This document shows, piece after piece, positions 46,453 through 56,994 of a DNA stretch of 64,000 bases. Within the stretch, counting starts at the first letter, position 1; every line of letters starts with the position of its first letter. This stretch comes from Bacillus subtilis subsp. subtilis str. 168 (GTDB taxonomy: Bacteria; Bacillota; Bacilli; Bacillales; Bacillaceae). The notes beneath the pieces are model-generated. The model worked only from the letters and a program-made list of their open reading frames with translations. It searched no databases and was not told the DNA's origin. The stretch is from the NCBI RefSeq assembly GCF_000009045.1, contig NC_000964.3:682001-746000 (forward strand). Direction: 5' to 3'. The translations under genes were made by a program, and so were the position numbers.

Positions 46453-46478
46453 ATTCCCGGCCATTCAAGCGATGAAAC
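46453..46478 (-). promoter_or_regulatory. SigB promoter of opuE
   Basis: Minus strand reads GTTTCA-N14-GGGAAT. Confidence 0.75.
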
Positions 46479-46731
46479 ATTGATCATAAGCTGGAAATAC
46501 CGTTGCAAACCTAGAAGGGAATAAAGAATAAAACGCTTTCAAAAAATAATTAAAGTAAAAATATTCAGAAAAATATTTCGTTTCTCCTTCTCCTCATTTT
46601 AGTATAAAATATATAGGGTATTGTTTCGAAAACACAGGCCTGTCTCAAGGCGTTTTGTTGCTTTAAAGGGCTTGTTTTTGATATGATCAGTATTATATGA
46701 CTTAACGGAGAAATATGTGGAGGTGGATCAT

Positions 46732-47022
46732 ATGTCACGAATTTCAATAGAAGAAGTAAAGCACGTTGCGCACCTTGCAAGACTTGCGATTACTGAAGAA
46801 GAAGCAAAAATGTTCACTGAACAGCTCGACAGTATCATTTCATTTGCCGAGGAGCTTAATGAGGTTAACACAGACAATGTGGAGCCTACAACTCACGTGC
46901 TGAAAATGAAAAATGTCATGAGAGAAGATGAAGCGGGTAAAGGTCTTCCGGTTGAGGATGTCATGAAAAATGCGCCTGACCATAAAGACGGCTATATTCG
47001 TGTGCCATCAATTCTGGACTAA
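46732..47022 (+). CDS. gatC: Asp/Glu-tRNA amidotransferase subunit C, 96 aa
   Basis: [10 protein letters not shown] and YIRVPSIL; GGAGG before ATG 46732. Confidence 0.96.
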
Positions 47023-47037
47023 AGGAGGGACACAAGA

Positions 47038-48495
47038 ATGTCATTATTTGATCATAAAATCACAGAATTAAAACAGCTCATACATAAAAAAGAGATTAAG
47101 ATTTCTGATCTGGTTGATGAATCTTATAAACGCATCCAAGCGGTTGATGATAAGGTACAAGCCTTTTTGGCATTAGATGAAGAAAGAGCGCGCGCATACG
47201 CGAAGGAGCTTGATGAGGCGGTTGACGGCCGTTCTGAGCACGGTCTTCTTTTCGGTATGCCGATCGGCGTAAAAGATAATATCGTAACAAAAGGGCTGCG
47301 CACAACATGCTCCAGCAAAATTCTCGAAAACTTTGATCCGATTTACGATGCTACTGTCGTTCAGCGCCTTCAAGACGCTGAAGCGGTCACAATCGGAAAA
47401 CTGAACATGGACGAATTCGCCATGGGGTCATCTACAGAAAACTCAGCTTACAAGCTGACGAAAAACCCTTGGAACCTGGATACAGTTCCCGGCGGTTCAA
47501 GCGGCGGATCTGCAGCTGCGGTTGCTGCGGGAGAAGTTCCGTTTTCTCTTGGATCTGACACAGGCGGCTCCATCCGTCAGCCGGCATCTTTCTGCGGCGT
47601 TGTCGGATTAAAACCTACATACGGACGTGTATCTCGTTACGGCCTGGTCGCATTTGCGTCTTCATTGGACCAAATCGGACCGATTACACGTACGGTTGAG
47701 GATAACGCGTTTTTACTTCAAGCGATTTCCGGCGTAGACAAAATGGACTCTACGAGTGCAAATGTGGACGTGCCTGATTTTCTTTCTTCATTAACTGGCG
47801 ACATCAAAGGACTGAAAATCGCCGTTCCGAAAGAATACCTTGGTGAAGGTGTCGGCAAAGAAGCGAGAGAATCTGTCTTGGCAGCGCTGAAAGTCCTTGA
47901 AGGTCTCGGCGCTACATGGGAAGAAGTGTCTCTTCCGCACAGTAAATACGCGCTTGCGACATATTACCTGCTGTCATCTTCTGAAGCGTCAGCGAACCTT
48001 GCACGCTTTGACGGCATCCGCTACGGCTACCGCACAGACAACGCGGATAACCTGATCGACCTTTACAAGCAAACGCGCGCTGAAGGTTTCGGAAATGAAG
48101 TCAAACGCCGCATCATGCTCGGAACGTTTGCTTTAAGCTCAGGCTACTACGATGCGTACTACAAAAAAGCGCAAAAAGTGCGTACGTTGATTAAGAAGGA
48201 TTTCGAGGACGTATTTGAAAAATATGATGTTATTGTTGGACCGACTACACCGACACCTGCGTTTAAAATCGGTGAAAACACGAAGGATCCGCTCACAATG
48301 TACGCAAACGATATCTTAACGATTCCGGTCAACCTTGCCGGCGTACCGGGAATCAGTGTGCCATGCGGATTAGCAGACGGACTTCCGCTCGGCCTGCAAA
48401 TCATCGGAAAACACTTTGATGAAAGCACTGTATACCGCGTTGCTCATGCATTTGAACAAGCAACAGACCATCATAAAGCAAAACCTGAACTGTAA
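47038..48495 (+). CDS. gatA: Asp/Glu-tRNA amidotransferase subunit A, 485 aa
   Basis: Amidase signature [23 protein letters not shown]. Confidence 0.97.
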
Positions 48496-48508
48496 GGGGT
48501 GAAAAGAA

Positions 48509-49939
48509 TTGAACTTTGAAACGGTAATCGGACTTGAAGTCCACGTTGAGTTAAAAACAAAATCAAAAATTTTCTCAAGCTCTCCAACGCCATTCGGCGC
48601 GGAGGCGAATACGCAGACAAGCGTTATTGACCTCGGATATCCGGGCGTCCTGCCTGTTCTGAACAAAGAAGCCGTTGAATTCGCAATGAAAGCCGCTATG
48701 GCGCTCAACTGTGAGATCGCAACGGATACGAAGTTTGACCGCAAAAACTATTTCTATCCTGACAACCCGAAAGCGTATCAGATTTCTCAATTTGATAAGC
48801 CAATCGGCGAAAACGGCTGGATCGAAATTGAAGTCGGCGGCAAAACAAAACGCATCGGCATCACGCGCCTTCATCTTGAAGAGGATGCCGGAAAACTGAC
48901 GCATACGGGCGACGGCTATTCTCTTGTTGACTTCAACCGTCAAGGAACGCCGCTTGTTGAGATCGTATCAGAGCCGGACATCCGCACGCCGGAAGAAGCG
49001 TACGCATATCTTGAAAAGCTGAAATCCATCATCCAATATACAGGCGTTTCTGACTGTAAAATGGAAGAAGGCTCACTTCGCTGTGACGCCAATATCTCTC
49101 TTCGTCCGATCGGCCAAGAGGAATTCGGCACAAAAACAGAATTGAAAAACTTGAACTCCTTTGCGTTTGTTCAAAAAGGCCTTGAGCATGAAGAAAAACG
49201 CCAGGAGCAGGTTCTTCTTTCCGGCGGCGTCATCCAGCAAGAAACTCGCCGTTATGATGAAGCAACGAAGAAAACCATTCTTATGCGTGTCAAAGAGGGA
49301 TCTGACGACTACCGTTACTTCCCAGAGCCAGATCTAGTCGAGCTCTACATTGATGATGAATGGAAGGAACGCGTAAAAGCAAGCATTCCTGAGCTTCCGG
49401 ATGAGCGCCGCAAGCGTTATATCGAAGAGCTTGGCTTGCCTGCATATGACGCAATGGTTCTGACGCTGACAAAAGAAATGGCTGATTTCTTCGAAGAAAC
49501 CGTTCAAAAAGGCGCTGAAGCTAAACAAGCGTCTAACTGGCTGATGGGTGAAGTGTCAGCTTACCTAAACGCAGAACAAAAAGAGCTTGCCGATGTTGCC
49601 CTGACACCTGAAGGCCTTGCCGGCATGATCAAATTGATTGAAAAAGGAACCATTTCTTCTAAGATCGCGAAGAAAGTGTTTAAAGAATTGATTGAAAAAG
49701 GCGGCGACGCTGAGAAGATTGTGAAAGAGAAAGGCCTTGTTCAGATTTCTGACGAAGGCGTGCTTCTGAAGCTTGTCACTGAGGCGCTTGACAACAATCC
49801 TCAATCAATCGAAGACTTTAAAAACGGAAAAGACCGCGCGATCGGCTTCCTAGTCGGACAGATTATGAAAGCGTCCAAAGGACAAGCCAACCCGCCGATG
49901 GTCAACAAAATTCTGCTTGAAGAAATTAAAAAACGCTAA
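48509..49939 (+). CDS. gatB: Asp/Glu-tRNA amidotransferase subunit B, 476 aa
   Basis: [24 protein letters not shown] and [10 protein letters not shown] motifs. Confidence 0.97.
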   Translation: MNFETVIGLEVHVELKTKSKIFSSSPTPFGAEANTQTSVIDLGYPGVLPVLNKEAVEFAMKAAMALNCEIATDTKFDRKNYFYPDNPKAYQISQFDKPIGENGWIEIEVGGKTKRIGITRLHLEEDAGKLTHTGDGYSLVDFNRQGTPLVEIVSEPDIRTPEEAYAYLEKLKSIIQYTGVSDCKMEEGSLRCDANISLRPIGQEEFGTKTELKNLNSFAFVQKGLEHEEKRQEQVLLSGGVIQQETRRYDEATKKTILMRVKEGSDDYRYFPEPDLVELYIDDEWKERVKASIPELPDERRKRYIEELGLPAYDAMVLTLTKEMADFFEETVQKGAEAKQASNWLMGEVSAYLNAEQKELADVALTPEGLAGMIKLIEKGTISSKIAKKVFKELIEKGGDAEKIVKEKGLVQISDEGVLLKLVTEALDNNPQSIEDFKNGKDRAIGFLVGQIMKASKGQANPPMVNKILLEEIKKR

Positions 49940-49940
49940 T

Positions 49941-49971
49941 AAAAAAGCAGCCCTTAGAGGCTGCTTTTTTT
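49941..49971. terminator. Bidirectional terminator between gatB and yerO
   Basis: AAAAAAGCAGCC-CTTAGA-GGCTGCTTTTTT. Confidence 0.92.
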
Positions 49972-50823
49972 ATGGTCAAATTGAGATAAAGACAAGATGA
50001 GGGCCCGAAGCCTTTCAACTTCTTTGTCGTTGGTTCCGGCCAAATTGGACAGCATGCCTTTAATAATCGGCTTGCGCGGTTTATCCTGAGTCAATTCTTC
50101 CTCGATAACATCAAGTGACACGGTGATATCCTCGGGCAGCGTGCTGTTTTCTTTCACTTTCTGAATGTCCTCAAGCAGCTGGTCTTTTCCCGCAGGCATC
50201 GGGTTAAAAATGTCTTTTGATACAATCGGATTGAGTGCAGAACGGCTCAGCCCCTGTACAAGATCATCCAGTCTCTCAATAATAAAGGCTGAGATTTCTT
50301 CTGCATCGATATTAAGCTCACCGTTAAATACCATCACGTTCATATAGGAATGCACAATGCCTCTTGCCATGATGGACAGATCTGCGACATACCGCTCGAT
50401 TCCTTCGCCATAGGATACCAGCAAGGCGTTCCGGTACAGCTTATCCGTCTCCATGGTTACTTTGTAAAAGTATTGCTTGATTTCTTGATTTTCCGGAATG
50501 ATATTTTCGGTAAGCAAAAGAACGATAAAATCTTTATGATCGCGAAAATCCTCAAATTGAGCGCCAATTTGCTTTTTTAACACTTCCTTAGGCGGCTTTC
50601 CGGCGAGATCTTCTTCTATATTTTTCATTTTGTTCATAGACATACCGATATAATATTCACAGGCAGATAACAGCAGCGCTTCTTTCGATTTGAAGTGCAA
50701 ATAAAAAGCGCCCTTCGAAATGCCGCATTCACTGGCGATTTCTTGGATCGTCGTAGCTGCGAATCCTTTTTTCGCAAATAAACGAATGCTGGTTTTTATG
50801 ATTCTCTCTTTTTTTTCATTCAT
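49954..50823 (-). CDS. yerO: TetR/AcrR-family regulator, 289 aa
   Basis: KKERII...LFAKKGF...IASECGISKGAFYLHFKSKE HTH; AGGGG RBS before ATG 50823; divergent from an RND pump. Confidence 0.9.
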   Translation of the reverse strand: MNEKKERIIKTSIRLFAKKGFAATTIQEIASECGISKGAFYLHFKSKEALLLSACEYYIGMSMNKMKNIEEDLAGKPPKEVLKKQIGAQFEDFRDHKDFIVLLLTENIIPENQEIKQYFYKVTMETDKLYRNALLVSYGEGIERYVADLSIMARGIVHSYMNVMVFNGELNIDAEEISAFIIERLDDLVQGLSRSALNPIVSKDIFNPMPAGKDQLLEDIQKVKENSTLPEDITVSLDVIEEELTQDKPRKPIIKGMLSNLAGTNDKEVERLRALILSLSQFDHKKSSL

Positions 50824-50916
50824 GACGTGCTTCCCCTTAATCCTTGAAAAATTTAGTAAAATTTTCTGGTATATGAGTTGACGTTGTTGCGTTATAACGT
50901 TTAGTATTATATAGAA

Positions 50917-50930
50917 TGACCAGTCAGTCA
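50917..50930. promoter_or_regulatory. Candidate TetR operator between yerO and swrC
   Basis: TGAC-N6-GTCA palindrome in the divergent intergenic region; assignment to YerO is inference. Confidence 0.4.
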
Positions 50931-50954
50931 ATAAAAAATGTAATGGAGGATATG

Positions 50955-53900
50955 ATGAACCACGTTATTAATTTCGTTCTGAAAAACAAATTCGCCGTAT
51001 GGCTGATGACGATTATTGTAACGGCAGCCGGCTTGTATGCGGGTATGAATATGAAGCAAGAGTCTATTCCTGACGTGAACATGCCTTACTTGACGATCAG
51101 CACGACATATCCGGGTGCAACACCAAGCCAAGTGGCTGATGAAGTGACCAAACCGGTTGAACAAGCCGTACAGAACTTGGACGGTGTCAGCGTTGTGACG
51201 TCGACGTCCTATGAAAACGCATCGTCGGTCATGATTGAATATGATTATGAGAAAGATATGGACAAAGCGAAAACAGAAGCAGCTGAAGCGTTAGAAAACG
51301 TCAACCTGCCTGATGACGCGAAGGATCCGGAGATTTCACGCTACAGCTTGAACTCATTCCCGATTCTGACGCTGAGCGTGTCCAGTGATAAAGATAATCT
51401 GCAAGAGCTGACGAAACAAGTGGAGGACAGCCTCGTTTCTAAGCTTGAAGGCATAGAAGGCGTTGCGTCCGTCCAAGTATCAGGCCAGCAGGTGGAAGAG
51501 GTTGAATTCTCTTTCAAAGAAGACAAACTGAAGGAATACGGCCTTGATGAAGATACAGTCAAGCAAGTGATTCAAGGTTCAGATGTGACAACTCCGCTTG
51601 GATTGTACACATTCGGAAATGAAGAAAAATCTGTCGTCGTCAGCGGCGATATTGAAACAATTAAAGATTTGAAGAATATGAGAATCCCGACGGCATCTGC
51701 TTCAAGTGCAGGCAGCAGCGCAGCATCTCAAGCAGGTGCGCAGAGTGCTCAAGCAGCCCAAAGCGCGCAAGCGGCAGCACAGGTGCAGCAAAGCGCAAGC
51801 ACAGCAGTGCCGACGGTCAAGCTTTCTGACATTGCTACAATTAAAGATGTGAAAAAAGCTGAATCCGTTTCACGCACAAATGGCAAAGACAGCATCGGCA
51901 TCAACATCGTCAAAGCAAACGATGCGAATACGGTAGAGGTTGCCGACGATGTCAAAGCTGAGCTGAAAAAGTTCAAAGAAGACCATAAAGGCTTCAATTA
52001 CAGCGCAACTCTCGACATGGCGGAGCCGATCACACAGTCAGTTGACACGATGTTAAGCAAAGCCATCTTCGGTGCTATTTTTGCGATTGTGATTATTCTC
52101 TTATTCTTAAGAGATATCAAATCAACATTAATTTCTGTTGTTTCAATTCCATTATCATTGCTGATCGCACTCCTTGTGCTGCAGCAGCTTGATATCACAT
52201 TGAATATTATGACGCTCGGCGCAATGACCGTTGCCATCGGACGTGTAGTCGATGACTCCATCGTTGTGATCGAGAACATTTACCGCCGCATGAGACTCAA
52301 AGATGAGCCGCTCCGCGGAAAAGCCTTGGTTCGTGAAGCGACGAAGGAAATGTTTAAACCGATCATGTCATCAACGATTGTGACAATCGCGGTATTCCTG
52401 CCGCTCGCACTTGTAGGCGGACAAATCGGTGAATTGTTTATTCCATTTGCCTTAACGATTGTTTTTGCGCTTGCCGCATCCCTAGTGATTTCAATCACGC
52501 TTGTGCCGATGCTCGCACACAGCCTGTTCAAAAAATCATTAACCGGTGCGCCGATTAAAGCGAAAGAACACAAACCTGGCAGACTTGCAAACATCTATAA
52601 AAAAGTATTGAACTGGGCGCTGAGCCACAAATGGATCACGTCTATCATCGCGGTTCTGATGCTCCTTGGAAGCTTGTTCCTCGTACCGTTAATCGGTGCC
52701 AGCTACCTGCCGTCCGAGGAAGAAAAAACGATGCAGCTCACATACAGCCCAGAACCGGGTGAAACGAAAAAAGAAGCCGAAAATGAAGCTGAAAAAGCGG
52801 AAAAAATCCTGCTTGACCGCAAGCATGTCGATACGGTTCAGTATTCATTAGGCTCTGGCAGCCCGCTTGCCGGAGGAGATTCTAACGGTGCGTTATTCTA
52901 TATCAAATATGAAAGCGACACACCTGACTTTGATAAAGAAAAAGATAACGTTCTGAAGGAAATCCAAAAGCAATCTGACCGCGGAGAATGGAAGTCACAG
53001 GACTTCAGCTCTTCAGGCAATAATAACGAATTAACATACTATGTGTATGGCGATTCTGAAAACGATATTAAAGACACGGTCAAAGACATTGAAAAAATCA
53101 TGAAAGATGAAAAGGATCTGAAAAACGTAAATTCAGGCCTTTCCAGCACATATGATGAGTACACATTTGTCGCTGACCAAGAAAAACTAAGCAAGCTCGG
53201 TTTAACCGCGTCTCAAATTTCTCAGGCCTTAATGTCACAAACATCGCAAGAACCGCTCACCACTGTGAAAAAAGACGGCAAAGAGCTTGATGTGAACATT
53301 AAGACAGAAAAAGACGAGTATAAGAGTGTGAAAGATTTAGAGAATAAAAAGATCACTTCCGCGACTGGCCAGGAAGTCAAAATCGGCGATGTGGCAAAAG
53401 TGAAAGAAGGATCAACATCAGATACCGTGTCAAAACGTGACGGAAAAGTCTATGCAGATGTCACAGGTGAGGTTACCTCTGACAACGTCACAGCCGTATC
53501 AGCTGCTATCCAGAAGAAAATCGATAAGCTTGACCACCCTGATAACGTATCGATTGACACAGGCGGCGTATCAGCGGATATCGCTGATTCCTTCACGAAG
53601 CTCGGTTTAGCGATGCTGGCAGCAATAGCGATCGTTTACCTTGTGCTCGTGATTACCTTCGGCGGAGCACTAGCGCCATTTGCGATTCTGTTCTCATTGC
53701 CGTTCACAGTCATCGGTGCCCTGGTCGGACTTTACGTATCAGGTGAAACGATCAGTCTGAACGCCATGATCGGTATGCTCATGCTGATCGGTATCGTTGT
53801 CACGAATGCCATTGTCTTAATTGACCGCGTGATTCATAAGGAAGCGGAAGGCCTGTCTACGAGAGAAGCGCTCCTGGAAGCCGGCTCTACACGACTCCGT

Positions 53901-54113
53901 CCGATCCTGATGACAGCCATTGCGACAATCGGCGCCTTGATTCCATTAGCCCTCGGCTTCGAAGGCGGAAGCCAGGTCATTTCAAAAGGACTCGGCGTAA
54001 CGGTTATCGGCGGTTTAATCAGTTCAACGCTTCTGACGCTCCTGATCGTGCCAATCGTATATGAAGTATTGGCGAAGTTCCGCAAGAAAAAACCGGGAAC
54101 GGAAGAAGAGTAA
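50955..54113 (+). CDS. swrC: RND (AcrB-like) efflux transporter, 1052 aa
   Basis: GRVVDDSIVVIENI, IGIVVTNAIVLID and RLRPILMT motifs; GGAGGA RBS. Confidence 0.93.
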   Translation: MNHVINFVLKNKFAVWLMTIIVTAAGLYAGMNMKQESIPDVNMPYLTISTTYPGATPSQVADEVTKPVEQAVQNLDGVSVVTSTSYENASSVMIEYDYEKDMDKAKTEAAEALENVNLPDDAKDPEISRYSLNSFPILTLSVSSDKDNLQELTKQVEDSLVSKLEGIEGVASVQVSGQQVEEVEFSFKEDKLKEYGLDEDTVKQVIQGSDVTTPLGLYTFGNEEKSVVVSGDIETIKDLKNMRIPTASASSAGSSAASQAGAQSAQAAQSAQAAAQVQQSASTAVPTVKLSDIATIKDVKKAESVSRTNGKDSIGINIVKANDANTVEVADDVKAELKKFKEDHKGFNYSATLDMAEPITQSVDTMLSKAIFGAIFAIVIILLFLRDIKSTLISVVSIPLSLLIALLVLQQLDITLNIMTLGAMTVAIGRVVDDSIVVIENIYRRMRLKDEPLRGKALVREATKEMFKPIMSSTIVTIAVFLPLALVGGQIGELFIPFALTIVFALAASLVISITLVPMLAHSLFKKSLTGAPIKAKEHKPGRLANIYKKVLNWALSHKWITSIIAVLMLLGSLFLVPLIGASYLPSEEEKTMQLTYSPEPGETKKEAENEAEKAEKILLDRKHVDTVQYSLGSGSPLAGGDSNGALFYIKYESDTPDFDKEKDNVLKEIQKQSDRGEWKSQDFSSSGNNNELTYYVYGDSENDIKDTVKDIEKIMKDEKDLKNVNSGLSSTYDEYTFVADQEKLSKLGLTASQISQALMSQTSQEPLTTVKKDGKELDVNIKTEKDEYKSVKDLENKKITSATGQEVKIGDVAKVKEGSTSDTVSKRDGKVYADVTGEVTSDNVTAVSAAIQKKIDKLDHPDNVSIDTGGVSADIADSFTKLGLAMLAAIAIVYLVLVITFGGALAPFAILFSLPFTVIGALVGLYVSGETISLNAMIGMLMLIGIVVTNAIVLIDRVIHKEAEGLSTREALLEAGSTRLRPILMTAIATIGALIPLALGFEGGSQVISKGLGVTVIGGLISSTLLTLLIVPIVYEVLAKFRKKKPGTEEE

Positions 54114-54120
54114 AAAACAA

Positions 54121-54145
54121 AAAGCCTCAGCTCTGCTGAGGCTTT
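54121..54145 (+). terminator. Hairpin after swrC, directly abutting repeat copy 2
   Basis: AAAGCCTCAGC-TCT-GCTGAGGCTTT; the T-run is cut short by the repeat start (CAG at 54146). Confidence 0.65.
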
Positions 54146-54320
54146 CAGCTTGTTGAAAAACCCTCGCATTCGTTGTCAGGTCTGCGCGTCGGTGCTCACG
54201 AATTCTACATTCGCTCCGCTCCAATGCTCCCCCTTCCTAGACTACAAGGGTTTTCAATCAAGCTGAAAGAATGTTAAGGATGACAAAAGCTCAAAACAAG
54301 AATCAGTTTTGAGCTTTTGT
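54146..54320 (+). repeat. Dispersed structured intergenic repeat, copy 2 (may extend to CTG at 54333)
   Basis: Shares AAACCCTCGCATTCGTTGTCAGGTCTGCGC...CCTTCCTAGACT.CAAGGGTTTTCAATCA.GCTG with copy 1; second hairpin ACAAAAGCTCAAAAC / GTTTTGAGCTTTTGT. Confidence 0.9.
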
Positions 54321-54435
54321 GCGTTTTCACCTGTAAGATTATGTACATTTTGTTGCGATTTTTTTAACTCATAGTATAATTAAAGGTTGTTAGTGTAAAA
54401 ATGGATCGGATACTCTTAAGTAGGATGATGAGATA

Positions 54436-55347
54436 ATGAAACGTGCACGCATAATATACAATCCGACTTCAGGACGGGAGATCTTTAAAAAGCATCTTGC
54501 CCAGGTCCTGCAAAAATTTGAACAAGCCGGCTATGAAACCTCCACCCATGCGACGACATGCGCAGGAGACGCTACACACGCTGCCAAGGAAGCGGCATTG
54601 CGTGAGTTTGACCTGATCATTGCGGCAGGCGGAGACGGAACGATCAACGAGGTCGTCAACGGGCTTGCGCCTTTAGACAATCGTCCGACACTCGGTGTGA
54701 TTCCTGTCGGCACAACGAACGACTTCGCCAGAGCGCTCGGAATCCCACGCGAGGATATTTTAAAAGCGGCAGATACGGTCATTAACGGCGTTGCCCGCCC
54801 GATTGATATCGGACAGGTCAACGGCCAGTATTTTATCAATATCGCCGGCGGAGGCCGTCTGACGGAGCTGACGTACGACGTGCCAAGCAAACTGAAAACA
54901 ATGCTCGGCCAGCTTGCTTATTATTTAAAAGGAATGGAAATGCTGCCTTCACTTCGTCCGACAGAAGTCGAGATTGAATATGACGGCAAGCTGTTTCAAG
55001 GTGAAATCATGCTGTTTTTGGTCACGCTGACAAACTCCGTCGGCGGGTTCGAAAAGCTCGCGCCGGATTCCAGCCTGAATGACGGCATGTTTGATTTGAT
55101 GATACTAAAGAAAGCAAACCTTGCTGAATTTATCAGGGTCGCCACGATGGCGCTTCGCGGAGAACACATCAACGACCAGCACATTATTTATACAAAAGCG
55201 AACCGCGTGAAAGTCAATGTATCAGAAAAGATGCAGCTGAACCTGGACGGCGAGTACGGCGGCATGCTGCCGGGCGAATTCGTGAATCTGTACCGGCACA
55301 TTCACGTCGTCATGCCGAAGGAGAAAGCGGAACAGTTGGATGACTAA
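54436..55347 (+). CDS. dgkB: Diacylglycerol kinase (YegS/DgkB family), 303 aa
   Basis: NPTSG, GGDGTINEV, PVGTTNDFAR and DGE motifs. Formerly yerQ. Confidence 0.93.
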   Translation: MKRARIIYNPTSGREIFKKHLAQVLQKFEQAGYETSTHATTCAGDATHAAKEAALREFDLIIAAGGDGTINEVVNGLAPLDNRPTLGVIPVGTTNDFARALGIPREDILKAADTVINGVARPIDIGQVNGQYFINIAGGGRLTELTYDVPSKLKTMLGQLAYYLKGMEMLPSLRPTEVEIEYDGKLFQGEIMLFLVTLTNSVGGFEKLAPDSSLNDGMFDLMILKKANLAEFIRVATMALRGEHINDQHIIYTKANRVKVNVSEKMQLNLDGEYGGMLPGEFVNLYRHIHVVMPKEKAEQLDD

Positions 55348-55370
55348 AACTTGGCTTGGTAAGCCAAGCT

Positions 55371-55545
55371 CAGAATGTTGACAAAATCCTAAAACAGTTT
55401 TCGTTTTAGGATTTTGTCATCTTTTCAGCGTGATTGAAAACCTTTGAAGTCTAGGAAGGGCGAGCATCGGAGCACAGCGAATGTTGAATTCGTGAGCACC
55501 GAAGCACAGGCCTGACAACGAATGCGAAGGTTTGCCTACACGCTG
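55371..55545 (-). repeat. Dispersed structured intergenic repeat, copy 3 (175 bp, inverted)
   Basis: Reverse complement aligns end-to-end with copy 1; flanked by imperfect direct repeats AAACTTGGCTTG...GCCAAG at 55347-55370 and 55546-55570. Confidence 0.92.
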
Positions 55546-55602
55546 AAACTTGGCTTGAATAGGCCAAGTTTTTCTTTCGCTTAAAACTAGAGGTGATTAT
55601 AG

Positions 55603-56982
55603 ATGAAAATGAAACCCCCAGTAGAAAAAAATGAATACTACGATGTGACATTTGAGGATTTGACACATGAAGGAGCGGGCGTCGCAAAGGTCCAAGGCTT
55701 CCCGATCTTTGTGCCGAATGCCCTACCCGAGGAAAAAGCCCAAATCAAAGTGACACGCGTCAAAAAAGGGTTCGCCTTCGGCCGCCTGATTGAGCTGAAG
55801 GAAGAAAGCCCGCATAGAACGGACGCCCCATGCCCGATTTACAAACAATGCGGAGGCTGCCAGCTTCAGCACATGACCTACGAAGGCCAGCTCCTGTTTA
55901 AACAGAAACAAGTCAAAGACGTCTTAGAACGCATCGGCAAGCTGGACCTTTCAAAAGTCACCGTGCACCCGACACTCGGCATGGAAGACCCGTGGAACTA
56001 CAGAAACAAAGCACAGGTGCCGGTAGGAGAACGGGAAGGCGGACTCGTCGCGGGATTCTATCAGCAAAGAAGCCATGACATCATCGACATGAGCGCCTGC
56101 CTGATCCAGCAATCCAAAAACGACGAAGCCGTTCAAGCTGTCAAAGACATTTGCGCAAACTACGGTGTCAAAGCCTACAACGAAGAACGCCACAAAGGCT
56201 GGCTCCGCCACATCATGGTCAGATACGGCGTTGTTACGGGCGAAATGATGATCGTCTTCATCACAAGAACAAGCGACTTCCCGCACAAAGCGAAGATCAT
56301 CGAAGACATCACAGCGCAATTCCCGCACGTCAAATCCATCGTGCAAAACATCAACCCAAACAAAACAAACGTCATTTTTGGCAACGAAACAAACGTCATC
56401 TGGGGCGAAGAATACATCTACGACCTCATCGGAGACGTCAAATTCGCCATCTCCGCCAGATCGTTTTATCAGGTCAACCCAGAGCAAACAAAAGTGCTCT
56501 ACGACAAAGCGCTTGAGTACGCTGAGCTTCAAGGGGAAGAAACCGTCATCGACGCTTACTGCGGCATCGGAACGATTTCTCTCTTCCTGGCAAAGCAGGC
56601 GAAAAAAGTGTACGGTGTAGAGATTGTGCCGGAAGCAATTGAGGACGCGAAGCGAAACGCCGAATTAAACGGCAACACAAACGCAGAGTTTGCTGTTGGA
56701 GAAGCGGAAACCGTGATTCCAAAGTGGTACGAAGAAGGCATTACAGCTGATACGCTGGTCGTCGACCCGCCAAGAAAAGGCTGCGACGAAGCCCTCCTGC
56801 GGACAATTGTGGAGATGAAGCCGAAGCGGGTAGTGTATGTGTCCTGTAATCCTGGCACGCTTGCGAGAGATTTGCGGGTGCTTGAGGATGGCGGGTACGT
56901 GACGCGCGAAGTGCAGCCTGTGGATATGTTTCCGCATACGAATCATGTGGAGTGCTGTGTGTTGATAAAATTAAAAGAATAA
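55603..56982 (+). CDS. rlmCD: 23S rRNA m5U methyltransferase (RumA/TrmA family), 459 aa
   Basis: TRAM domain, [10 protein letters not shown] Fe-S motif, SFYQVN, DAYCGIG, DPPRKG, YVSCNP and [10 protein letters not shown]. Formerly yefA. Confidence 0.94.
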   Translation: MKMKPPVEKNEYYDVTFEDLTHEGAGVAKVQGFPIFVPNALPEEKAQIKVTRVKKGFAFGRLIELKEESPHRTDAPCPIYKQCGGCQLQHMTYEGQLLFKQKQVKDVLERIGKLDLSKVTVHPTLGMEDPWNYRNKAQVPVGEREGGLVAGFYQQRSHDIIDMSACLIQQSKNDEAVQAVKDICANYGVKAYNEERHKGWLRHIMVRYGVVTGEMMIVFITRTSDFPHKAKIIEDITAQFPHVKSIVQNINPNKTNVIFGNETNVIWGEEYIYDLIGDVKFAISARSFYQVNPEQTKVLYDKALEYAELQGEETVIDAYCGIGTISLFLAKQAKKVYGVEIVPEAIEDAKRNAELNGNTNAEFAVGEAETVIPKWYEEGITADTLVVDPPRKGCDEALLRTIVEMKPKRVVYVSCNPGTLARDLRVLEDGGYVTREVQPVDMFPHTNHVECCVLIKLKE

Positions 56983-56994
56983 ATAGTCAAAAAT

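Noticed and set aside
46330-46731. Possible T-box leader upstream of gatCAB
   Set aside because: No T-box consensus or terminator/antiterminator found; the interval is accounted for by divergent promoter sequence, including the opuE SigB promoter.
54024-54224. Short ORFs overlapping repeat copies 2 and 3 (also 55451-55687) as possible element-encoded peptides
   Set aside because: No reading frame with a shared start and stop is kept across the three copies, while base pairing is. The constraint is on structure, not protein.
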